Part shown: positions 42,918 to 50,850 of the stretch, piece after piece
Layout: each line of letters starts with the position of its first letter
How positions within the stretch are numbered: the first letter of the stretch is position 1
Source of the DNA: Candidatus Uhrbacteria bacterium RIFOXYB12_FULL_58_10
Lineage (GTDB): Bacteria; Patescibacteriota; Patescibacteriia; UBA9934; GWF2-40-263
Direction: 5' to 3'
Assembly: GCA_001791645.1 (NCBI GenBank)
Contig: MGFA01000021.1
Coordinates: 1 to 61,450, forward strand
Length of the DNA: 61,450 nt
The notes under the pieces: generated by a model
Database searches by the model: none
What the model was told of the DNA's origin: nothing
The model's input: the letters and a program-made list of their open reading frames with translations, nothing else
Made by a program: the position numbers and the translations under genes

Positions 42918-43718
42918 TCAGACGACCGGATTGATCGATGCGTTTGGATGCGGGCTTTTCGCAAGCGGCGTTGTCTCAATGGACGCGAGCAGGATTTTCG
43001 TTTCTTCCTTTGTGAGTTCGCGGCACGCGCCCACGGGCAGGTCGCCGAGCTCGACGTTCATGACGCGAATGCGCCTGAGCGTGTTGACCGCGTGTCCCAG
43101 CGCCTCGCACATGCGGCGGATCTGTCGGTTGCGCCCCTCCGTAAGGACTATACGGAACGTTTTTTCGTCCACGCGAGTCACGCGGGCGGGCTTGGTCATG
43201 GAACCAAGAATCATCATGCCGCTCGCCATCTTCTCTAGCGCCACATCGTCGATGGGACGCAACACGGATACGACGTATTCCTTCTCGTGGTGGTAGCGAG
43301 GGTGCGTGATGCGCTCGGAGAGCCGCCCGTCGTTGGTCAGAAGCAGCAGCCCCGACGACGCCACGTCCAGGCGGCCGATGGGGAATGCGCGGCCCGGTAG
43401 TTTCAAAAAGGTCAGAATCGAATCCCGTGCCTTCGGATCCACGCTCGTGATAATGCCGACCGGCTTGTGAAACGCGTAATACACGGGTTTCGGCTTTGCG
43501 GTCATGACCTCGTTTCCCCTCACTCGCACGTCGTCGGATTCATCTACCGTCATGCCAAGCTCCGCGACCTTTCCATTGACCAAAACCATGCCGTCCGCAA
43601 TAAGCGCGTCGGCCTTGCGACGCGAACACAGTCCGCGGTCCGCGAGATGCTTGTTGAGGCGCGTTTTCACAAACGGTTCATGATATGGTCGATGATCATT
43701 CGGTTGCGATCGCGGCAT
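42918..43718 (-). CDS. rRNA pseudouridine synthase (RsuA/RluB/RluF family)
   Basis: S4 domain, HKPVG, GRLD, GLLLLTNDG, EGRNRQIRRM. Confidence 0.93.
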   Translation of the reverse strand: MPRSQPNDHRPYHEPFVKTRLNKHLADRGLCSRRKADALIADGMVLVNGKVAELGMTVDESDDVRVRGNEVMTAKPKPVYYAFHKPVGIITSVDPKARDSILTFLKLPGRAFPIGRLDVASSGLLLLTNDGRLSERITHPRYHHEKEYVVSVLRPIDDVALEKMASGMMILGSMTKPARVTRVDEKTFRIVLTEGRNRQIRRMCEALGHAVNTLRRIRVMNVELGDLPVGACRELTKEETKILLASIETTPLAKSPHPNASINPVV

Positions 43719-43843
43719 GTCGTTGCGACTGAGGATTTTCCCGAGCACGACGGTCCGGAAAAGCACAGAATAGTTTTCATAATGGATTTGGATGGAGTGC
43801 GAATTGACACTATCAAGAAAATGAGACAGAATCAAGTGTTTTT

Positions 43844-46015
43844 ATGCGTGAAATTCTCAAGACCCATTTTGGCTACGACGCGTTCCGGCCACTTCAAGAG
43901 GAGATCATGAATGCGGCGCTTCGTGGAGAAGACGCGCTCGTGCTGATGCCGACCGGGGGAGGGAAGTCACTCTGCTATCAGCTACCCGCGCTCCTGTTTG
44001 ACGGGGTGACTCTCGTGATTTCGCCGCTCATCGCGCTCATGAAGGACCAGGTGGACGCGCTCGTGGCAAACGGCATTGCCGCCGCATTTTTGAATAGCTC
44101 GCTCACGGACGACGAAATGGATTCCGTGCGGTTTCGCGCGCTGTCCGGGGAATTGAAAATATTGTATGTGGCTCCGGAGCGCCTCGCGTCCTATGGGTTC
44201 CAGGATTTTTTGCGCCAGTTGCGCGTGTCGCTCATTGCCGTTGACGAGGCGCATTGTATTTCCGAGTGGGGACACGACTTCCGGCCCGATTATCGCAACC
44301 TGAAGGATTTGCGCCGCGCGTTTCCGGACGTGCCGGTCATGGCGCTCACGGCCACGGCCACGCCGAAGGTGCGGGAGGACATCGTGGCGCAGCTTGGCAT
44401 GCCGTCCGCGCCGGTTTTCGTGTCGAGTTTCAACCGTCCAAACCTGAACTACGTTTTGCGCCAGAAGCAAAATGCGTTCGCGCAGCTTGCGCAACTGTTG
44501 GAAACGTATCGGGAAAAGCCGGTGATCATCTACTGTTTCTCGCGCAAAGACACCGAGTCGCTCGCCGAGAGCCTGTGCGCGGCCGGCTTTCGCGCCGCGG
44601 CATACCACGCGGGGCTCGATCGCGAGACGCGCGCGCGGACGCAGGACGAGTTCATTCGCGACGAGGTATCCATCATCGTGGCCACGATCGCGTTTGGCAT
44701 GGGAATTGACAAGCCCGACGTCCGGCTCGTCGCGCACATGGATTTACCAAAGTCGATCGAGGGCTATTACCAGGAAACCGGTCGCGCGGGACGCGACGGG
44801 CTGCCGAGCGAGTGCGTGCTGTTCTACTCGTTCGGCGACAAGCGCAAGCAGGACTTTTTTATCGGTCAGATTGCCGAAGAGGCCGAGCGCGAGCTTGCGC
44901 GGGCCAAGCTCGCGCAGGTGATCGCCTATGGCGAAACCGACCAGTGTCGGCGCAAGTTTCTGCTCGAGTATTTCGGCGAGCCGTGGGACGACGAGCGGTG
45001 CGGGTCGTGCGACAACTGCGTCGCGCAGCCGAAGGAGTCGCGCGACGTCACCGAGCTCGCGCACAAGGTGTTCGAGGCGGTCATGCGCACGGGCGAGCGA
45101 TTCGGCGCCGCGCACGTGTGCGACGTGCTGCGCGGATCGCGCAAGGAACGCATCGTGCAGAATCGCCATGATACGCTCACGGTCCACGGCACCGCGCGCG
45201 ACGTGTCCGTTGACCTGCTGCGCGAGGTTATCCGGCTCATGCAAAAACAGGGATATCTCCAAAAGAACGACGGCGATTATCCAACGCTTTGCGTGAGCCA
45301 GTACGGTCGCCAGGCGTTCGAGGATGGAGAGCGCATTCTCCTGCCGATTTCTGCGTCGGAGCCCGTGCGCGCCTTTGCGAAGCCGTCGCGTAACGCAACC
45401 GCGGGCGGTCTCGCCTTCGACCAGGACCTGTTCGACCAGCTCCGTCGCGAGCGCAAGGCAATCGCCGATGAACACAATGTGCCGCCGTTCATCATCTTTG
45501 GCGACCGCACGCTGCAAGAGATGGCGTTTTATTTTCCGCAGAGCAGGGAACGCCTCGCGACGATCTTCGGCGTGGGTGCGCGCAAACTCGACGCGTTCGG
45601 CGAGCTGTTTCTCGCGGTGATTCGCGGTTACGCGACGGAACGCGGCCTGGCCGAGCGACCGAACCCAAGGCAGCCCGTCCGACCGATGGTCGCCTCTGCG
45701 CCCAGGCGATCATCCACGATCAGCCAAACCGGCGAGCTTGTGCGGCAGGGCCTGTCGCTTGAGCAGATCATGGTCGAGCGCAAGCTCTCCGCCGGGACGA
45801 TTATCCAGCATGTGACGGCGATCCTTGGCGCAGGGGAGGACCTCGACATCGAGTCGCTCCGTCCGTCCACCGCTCGTCTAACTGCCATTGGGGACGCCTT
45901 TCGCGCCGCCAACACGTCGTTTCTTACACCGGTCAAGGAAATCCTCGGTAATGATTTCTCCTACGACGAAATTCGCCTCGCCCGCCTTTTTCTCACCAGA
46001 GACCAACAAAATTAA
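43844..46015 (+). CDS. recQ: DNA helicase RecQ
   Basis: TGGGKSLCYQLP, DEAHCISEWGHDFRP, QETGRAGRDG, Zn/RQC, HRDC. Confidence 0.97.
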   Translation: MREILKTHFGYDAFRPLQEEIMNAALRGEDALVLMPTGGGKSLCYQLPALLFDGVTLVISPLIALMKDQVDALVANGIAAAFLNSSLTDDEMDSVRFRALSGELKILYVAPERLASYGFQDFLRQLRVSLIAVDEAHCISEWGHDFRPDYRNLKDLRRAFPDVPVMALTATATPKVREDIVAQLGMPSAPVFVSSFNRPNLNYVLRQKQNAFAQLAQLLETYREKPVIIYCFSRKDTESLAESLCAAGFRAAAYHAGLDRETRARTQDEFIRDEVSIIVATIAFGMGIDKPDVRLVAHMDLPKSIEGYYQETGRAGRDGLPSECVLFYSFGDKRKQDFFIGQIAEEAERELARAKLAQVIAYGETDQCRRKFLLEYFGEPWDDERCGSCDNCVAQPKESRDVTELAHKVFEAVMRTGERFGAAHVCDVLRGSRKERIVQNRHDTLTVHGTARDVSVDLLREVIRLMQKQGYLQKNDGDYPTLCVSQYGRQAFEDGERILLPISASEPVRAFAKPSRNATAGGLAFDQDLFDQLRRERKAIADEHNVPPFIIFGDRTLQEMAFYFPQSRERLATIFGVGARKLDAFGELFLAVIRGYATERGLAERPNPRQPVRPMVASAPRRSSTISQTGELVRQGLSLEQIMVERKLSAGTIIQHVTAILGAGEDLDIESLRPSTARLTAIGDAFRAANTSFLTPVKEILGNDFSYDEIRLARLFLTRDQQN

Positions 46016-46110
46016 GCCAACCTTTATCCCTTGCGTCGCGGAATCGTCCTTGCTATACTCTCCACGCCGGAACCATTCCGGGGTAGCTCAGCGGTAGAGC
46101 AGTGGACTGT

Positions 46111-46578
46111 GGCACGCGTTTGTCGACTTTATTGAAAAATATGGCCGACAAGCGAACCTACGCCCAACGTGCAGAAACGATAAAGCGCGCAGTCAGTAAG
46201 CGTCGGAAGAACGTTCGGACGCCGGCCATCGAGTATCTTGGTGGCAGGGGTCAGAATTGCATACTGATTTGCGCGAATTGTCATCGCGAAGCGCACGCGG
46301 GCATTACGCAGCTTCCGGCGGAGACGTCGGAATGAAACAGGGTGAATTGTCCCGCGTAAAAAGTGGGATCCCGCAACAGGCGGTGACTGGAAGCCGTCGT
46401 CGGTAACGACACGGTAATCAGCAGCCAAGCTCGATCATCGGGTCGAGAAGGTTCAGAGACTATCCTTTCGAGGAGTACCTCTCCGGCAAACGCTGGGGCG
46501 GGAAGCGCCCTGCATCCATGCTCGTTTGAGAAGGATGAAGATATAGTCCACGCTTTCGGGAAACCGAGAGACCACGTG
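46111..46578 (+). ncRNA. Group I self-splicing intron (468 nt) at tRNA position 35/36
   Basis: U before the 5' splice site, terminal G, Q AATCAGCAGCC (46416), R GTTCAGAGACTA (46451), S AAGATATAGTCC (46538), P3 CAGGGTG/CGCCCTG, P9 GAAA hairpin, IGS ATTACGCAG (46303). Confidence 0.93.
46141..46335 (+). pseudogene. Internally deleted HNH homing-endonuclease ORF inside the intron
   Basis: ...AIEYLGG joined almost directly to CILICANCHREAH; the first CxxC and the HH core are missing. Confidence 0.7.
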
Positions 46579-46613
46579 TAATCCATTGGTCATGGGTTCG
46601 AATCCCATCCCCG

Positions 46614-46718
46614 GAGCCATGAGAAGGCGTGTGAGGTGACCCACATGCCTTGTCAAAAAGTCGTCATTAAAAAATGGCGATTTTTTGTTTAATCCTTGAG
46701 CAAATAGCGACCCTTGGT
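46614..46718 (+). repeat. Direct repeat R1 (105 bp) starting in the tRNA-Asn 3' end
   Basis: 103/105 identical to 50596-50700; contains the hairpin AAAAAGTCGTCATT...AATGGCGATTTTTT. Confidence 0.93.
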
Positions 46719-46930
46719 GGCTTGCCAAGAATTCCAAAACTCCCAGAACACAAATTAATGGCCGTCGATGCCGTAGAGGCTCGTAACGGGTCTATATTAG
46801 CCGCATACAATTCCTATGTCCGAAATGCTGGTTAGTTCTTTGGTTCAACTGTGCATCTTGCACAACAGGAGTCGCGGAGGAGGCAAATAAATATCTAATA
46901 ATTCTAGTTCGTGTTACTATTTTCTACGAT

Positions 46931-47602
46931 ATGCTATCAAAAACAGAATTGAAAAGATTAGAAAAGAGAGCCTGCAAGCCGACTCCACTAAACGAAAAAG
47001 GATTTAATCCAAAAGCAAACATTCCTTTCGGATGTACGACCGATGCCGTACGAAAAGCAATGCAGGACTATTTGGATTTTTTGAGCCATATAAACCTAAA
47101 GCTTCATTCGAAAAATATCGAGAGACTCGAATCTTTTGTGATGATGGCTAATTTCAGCAGTATAGTAGGTGAATTCATGGGTGCTAGCATTCCAAAGTAC
47201 TGTCAGACAATATTACGGAACGAATATCATAATGGTCATCCAGATTTGATCCCAACGAATCGCTACCCGAAAAATTCAATTTTGCATGGTGAGGACGGAA
47301 TCGAGATAAAGGCTTCAAGACACGTCAGTGGGTGGCAAGGTCACAACCCAGAGGCTTGTTGGTTACTGGTTTTCATTTTTGAAAGCAATACACCACGCGA
47401 TTCAGCAGCAGGCAGTCCTCCCATTCCATTCAAATTCAAAGAAGTACTTGGAGCGCAACTTAAAGTCGAGGACTGGACTTTTTCTGGTCGCTCAGCGACG
47501 AGTAGGCGAACTATCACCGCGAGTGTGAACAGGAGTGGGTATGAAAAGATGAAAAGGAATTGGATTTATCGAGATGACTCATCTTCAAGTGTCGTTGAGT
47601 AA
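46931..47602 (+). CDS. Putative type II restriction endonuclease (PD-(D/E)xK fold)
   Basis: GHPDL...GIEIKAS motif, 223 aa, convergent with and overlapping a DNA methyltransferase gene. Confidence 0.72.
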   Translation: MLSKTELKRLEKRACKPTPLNEKGFNPKANIPFGCTTDAVRKAMQDYLDFLSHINLKLHSKNIERLESFVMMANFSSIVGEFMGASIPKYCQTILRNEYHNGHPDLIPTNRYPKNSILHGEDGIEIKASRHVSGWQGHNPEACWLLVFIFESNTPRDSAAGSPPIPFKFKEVLGAQLKVEDWTFSGRSATSRRTITASVNRSGYEKMKRNWIYRDDSSSSVVE

Positions 47603-49129
47603 CGACAACTTCGGCACGGCCTTTTTTGCCAGATCAAAATACTCTGAGTTCACTTCAATTCCAATTGATTCAAGTCCACACGCGTTTGCCGCAGCGAGCG
47701 TCGATCCAGATCCCATGAATGGATCTAGTATGATTCCCTTACCCAAAGGCAAAGAGGCATAAACGATTTTTCGCAAAAACGATTGCGGTTTTAGACTTGG
47801 GTGCCCTGCGAGTTTTCGTTCATGTTGAGAAGTGCGTTCGCTAGGAATTAAATCCTCGAACGGATTGCCATTGGGAAGGCGGCGAAGTCCTCCTGTTCCA
47901 AATTTTCGCAAAGAATCTTGGACGCGCATGCCAGCGGGGAGCTTACTACGAAAGATACCCCACGGTTCATAGCATCCCCTTGGTAAGGAACAAACGTTCG
48001 TGAATTCTTCCTCAGCATTTTTTGGTCTGTCCCCACCGCGCAAAGTTCGTACTAATCGCATTGTCTGCCCCCTAAACTCAAGACCGCCGTCTTCCAGAGC
48101 TCTATAAACAAGAGGTGCAATGAAAGCATTGTTCGCAATGAACACATGCCCTCCCGGTTGAAGAATTCTGCCGGACTTCTCAGCAAGTTTTCTGAAAAAA
48201 TTGTAAATTCTAGAGCGTTCTTTTTCGTTAAGTGCTGTAAATCTAGGTAACGGTGATCGGGTATGGCCATCAAAGGAAGGCGGAACTCTCCAAACACCCC
48301 CGCTTCCGTTTTTCATTTTCTTGAGCTGATCCGTATCAAACTCTACAACACCGTAAGGCGGATCTGTAACTATTGCGTGAATGCTATGTGGAGCGGCATT
48401 ATCCATCCATTCAAAGCAATCCGCATGGAATAATCGAGACAAGCCGATCTTTTCGGACGGGTAATCGCGACGTAGTTGGTTGGTTTTTTGGTTATCCAGT
48501 AGCGATTCTTGAAAAAGTGTTTTTGGTACTTCACTGGTAAAACTTTTAATCACATCTACAACAGTTCCTTGAATTGTGAGACGGGATGGTTGAATAAAAA
48601 TTGGCTTTAAATCTGGATTGGCTGGCTGAAGTCTGACCCGATTCTTTTCTTTGTAATATTGTTTTAATGTAGTTTCTGATCCATCAATCAACGCGACGAT
48701 TTTTTGACCGTTCTCTGCTACTTGTTGATTTCGAATAATTACAACATCGCCGTCATTTATATTTTCGTCAATCATGCTATTGCCAGAGACTCGAAGAGCG
48801 TAGGTGTCTCCGGACCTTGGCAGCTTTGATCGTGGAACTGCTATTGTTTCATTCTCTGCAATCGCCTCGATTGGCTTTCCAGCGGCGATCGTTCCGAGTA
48901 ATTGTACTTGGACCAGAGAGTCGTTATCCGGCAAGGTAAGAGCTCGGGCTCTATTTTCGACCTTCTCAAGATGACCGCCATTTTTTAACTTTGAAACATG
49001 AAAATGGGCTGTCGAAACAGAAGCAAATTTAAAATGTTTCTGGATCTCCTCGAGAGATGGCGAATATCCCTTCTTTTTAGAAGAACTTCTTATGAAGTCG
49101 AGTACTTCTTTTTGACGTTTGGTTTGCAT
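47585..49129 (-). CDS. LexA repressor fused to a beta-class (N4C/N6A) DNA methyltransferase
   Basis: LexA wHTH (TKRQKEVLDFI...GYSPSLEEI), IAAG cleavage site, GNSM Ser, TTLK Lys; then DPPY, HPSLKP, DPFMGSGST in the same frame. Confidence 0.93.
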   Translation of the reverse strand: MQTKRQKEVLDFIRSSSKKKGYSPSLEEIQKHFKFASVSTAHFHVSKLKNGGHLEKVENRARALTLPDNDSLVQVQLLGTIAAGKPIEAIAENETIAVPRSKLPRSGDTYALRVSGNSMIDENINDGDVVIIRNQQVAENGQKIVALIDGSETTLKQYYKEKNRVRLQPANPDLKPIFIQPSRLTIQGTVVDVIKSFTSEVPKTLFQESLLDNQKTNQLRRDYPSEKIGLSRLFHADCFEWMDNAAPHSIHAIVTDPPYGVVEFDTDQLKKMKNGSGGVWRVPPSFDGHTRSPLPRFTALNEKERSRIYNFFRKLAEKSGRILQPGGHVFIANNAFIAPLVYRALEDGGLEFRGQTMRLVRTLRGGDRPKNAEEEFTNVCSLPRGCYEPWGIFRSKLPAGMRVQDSLRKFGTGGLRRLPNGNPFEDLIPSERTSQHERKLAGHPSLKPQSFLRKIVYASLPLGKGIILDPFMGSGSTLAAANACGLESIGIEVNSEYFDLAKKAVPKLSLLNDT

Positions 49130-49154
49130 AGTCTTGACGGCGTTAAGTTCACTC

Positions 49155-49183
49155 ACCATAATAGAAAAAAAGTAGAAAGTCAA
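49155..49183 (-). promoter_or_regulatory. lexA-MTase promoter with candidate operator
   Basis: TTGACT-N17-TATGGT with TTCTA-N6-TTCTA filling the spacer. Confidence 0.6.
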
Positions 49184-49210
49184 TCACTAACTTATTCACA
49201 CCTTTATCGT

Positions 49211-49417
49211 ATGGCAAAGTCTAACAAAAATTCCGGAAAACCATGGAGCTCCTCTGATCAGAACCAACTCGGGAAGCTAGCAAAGCAAAATACACCAACG
49301 CGGGTTATTGGTTTGAAGCTTGGTCGAACACCTGATGGTGTTCGTGGCATGGCTCAGAAGCTCGGGGTTAGCCTTAAACCTACGAATCAGGCCCCGTACA
49401 ACCGACGAAAATCGTAG
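49211..49417 (+). CDS. Small basic Myb/HTH-like protein (68 aa)
   Basis: GKPWS...IGLKLGRTPDGVRGMAQKLG. Confidence 0.75.
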   Translation: MAKSNKNSGKPWSSSDQNQLGKLAKQNTPTRVIGLKLGRTPDGVRGMAQKLGVSLKPTNQAPYNRRKS

Positions 49418-49430
49418 TCAATTTTTGAAT

Positions 49431-50306
49431 ATGGCACTTTTAAACAAAAATCACATCAAATCGGTTGTTGCTGTTGGCACACTGAAGGACGACGGAAGTT
49501 TTGCGTGTGACTCCACAAGTTTCCTCGTCGGCTTCTTAATCACAAATAGTGATGATCCGAAGCAAAAGCTTTATAGAACTTTTTTGGTGACAAACAGACA
49601 TGTATTTGAGAAACGAAAAAAAGCGTGGCTACGATTCAACAAAGACGACGGCAAAGGAATGATTTTTGACATCGATCTGAATTTTGAGAATGGTGATACG
49701 CGATGGTTGGCGCATCCCGATCCAGAAGTCGATCTCGCACTACTTAGCATTAGCCCGGCCGCGCTTAAACAAAACAACGTGCAACCCACCTTCATTTCTG
49801 AGGAAATGTTTGGATACAGCGGTAAATTTGAGGAAATTGGTATCGCTGTTGGTGACGAGGTGTTTGCGATTGGATTTCCAATGGGATTCGCGGGTGAGGT
49901 ACAAAACTATCCGTGTGTTAAGGCTGGTCTTATTTCCAGGATAGACCAGGAGATAATCAAGAAACGAAAGGCATTCGTCGTCGATTCATCTATCTTCCCA
50001 GGTAATAGTGGCGGCCCAGTGATTCTAAAGCCCACCATCACATCATTAAGCGATACGAAAGCCGTCGGTCAGCCATTTTTACTTGGGGTTATTAGTGGTT
50101 ATCTCACATATAGCGAGCAGCTTTTTACGCATCAGACGAATCCTCCAACAGTGGTAAGCTCGACCCGGGAAAATTCGGGTTTAAGTTTTTGTGTCCCGAT
50201 GGATTTTGTAAGGGAAATATATGATATATGGCTGATGAACCAAAAACCGGTGGAAGAGCCACAAAAAAGTACCACACCAGAGGATCTTAAAGAAAAGGCG
50301 AGCTAG
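49431..50306 (+). CDS. Trypsin-like serine protease, no signal peptide
   Basis: TNRHV (His), DLAL (Asp), PGNSGGP (Ser). Confidence 0.88.
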   Translation: MALLNKNHIKSVVAVGTLKDDGSFACDSTSFLVGFLITNSDDPKQKLYRTFLVTNRHVFEKRKKAWLRFNKDDGKGMIFDIDLNFENGDTRWLAHPDPEVDLALLSISPAALKQNNVQPTFISEEMFGYSGKFEEIGIAVGDEVFAIGFPMGFAGEVQNYPCVKAGLISRIDQEIIKKRKAFVVDSSIFPGNSGGPVILKPTITSLSDTKAVGQPFLLGVISGYLTYSEQLFTHQTNPPTVVSSTRENSGLSFCVPMDFVREIYDIWLMNQKPVEEPQKSTTPEDLKEKAS

Positions 50307-50309
50307 AGC

Positions 50310-50432
50310 AATCTCATATTTTGGCCGATGGGTGTCCGAGTATTCCAACGCCTGCGCGTCGGTCAAATCCTCTCCCCGCTCCTTCTTCCAAAGCTCCTTA
50401 AACGACTGAATCCGTTCGTCATTTGTGCGCAT
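50310..50432 (-). pseudogene. Fragment of a small mobile-element-type protein
   Basis: MRTNDERIQSFKELWKKERGEDLTDAQALEY, then the frame runs on antisense into the protease gene. Confidence 0.4.
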
Positions 50433-50595
50433 AGGATTATTGTGAAAAGCCCTTGAAACCATCGTATCCATGATTTGAGACACAGGCCATTCTCGTGTCT
50501 CATTTGTCTCATTTCGATGAGACCCGGGTGCCAGTTTGACCCCTCTAAAAGACCCCTCAAACATTGTCGTAAAGTGAGTTCGAGACCCGTACGCC

Positions 50596-50799
50596 GAGCC
50601 ATGAGAAGGCGTGTGAGGTGACCCACATGCCTTGTCAAAAAGTCGTCATTGAAAAATGGCGATTTTTTGTTTAATCCTTGAGCAAATGGCGACCCTTGGT
50701 AGACCATCAAAAAACCGAACCGCCTGGGACGCAAAGTCGTCGAATTTTTCTTAAACGCCCGAAACTGCAAATTCGCCCTATTTTTTCGGTTCGATCCCC
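50596..50799 (+). repeat. Repeat R2 (R1-like part plus R3-like part)
   Basis: 50596-50700 matches R1; 50677-50799 matches 55387-55510; T-loop-like GTTCGA at both ends. Confidence 0.92.
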
Positions 50800-50850
50800 G
50801 ACCACAGTTCTCGGTGGATTAATCACGCAATTTAAGGTACATTTTGCATC

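Larger units (their letters stand above)
46077..46619 (+). tRNA. tRNA-Asn(GTT), intron-split; exons 46077-46110 and 46579-46619
   Basis: The joined exons form a full cloverleaf: TCCGGGG/CCCCGGA acceptor, GTGGA-CTGT|TAA-TCCAT anticodon arm, GGTTCGAATCC T arm, CCA. Confidence 0.95.

Noticed and set aside
50574-50601. A second tRNA gene before R2
   Set aside because: Only a T-loop/3'-end-like fragment; I cannot build D or anticodon arms.
46453-50770. Minus-strand ORFs 46453-46737 and 50363-50770 with near-identical peptides
   Set aside because: Translations of the non-coding R1/R2 repeat and antisense tRNA.
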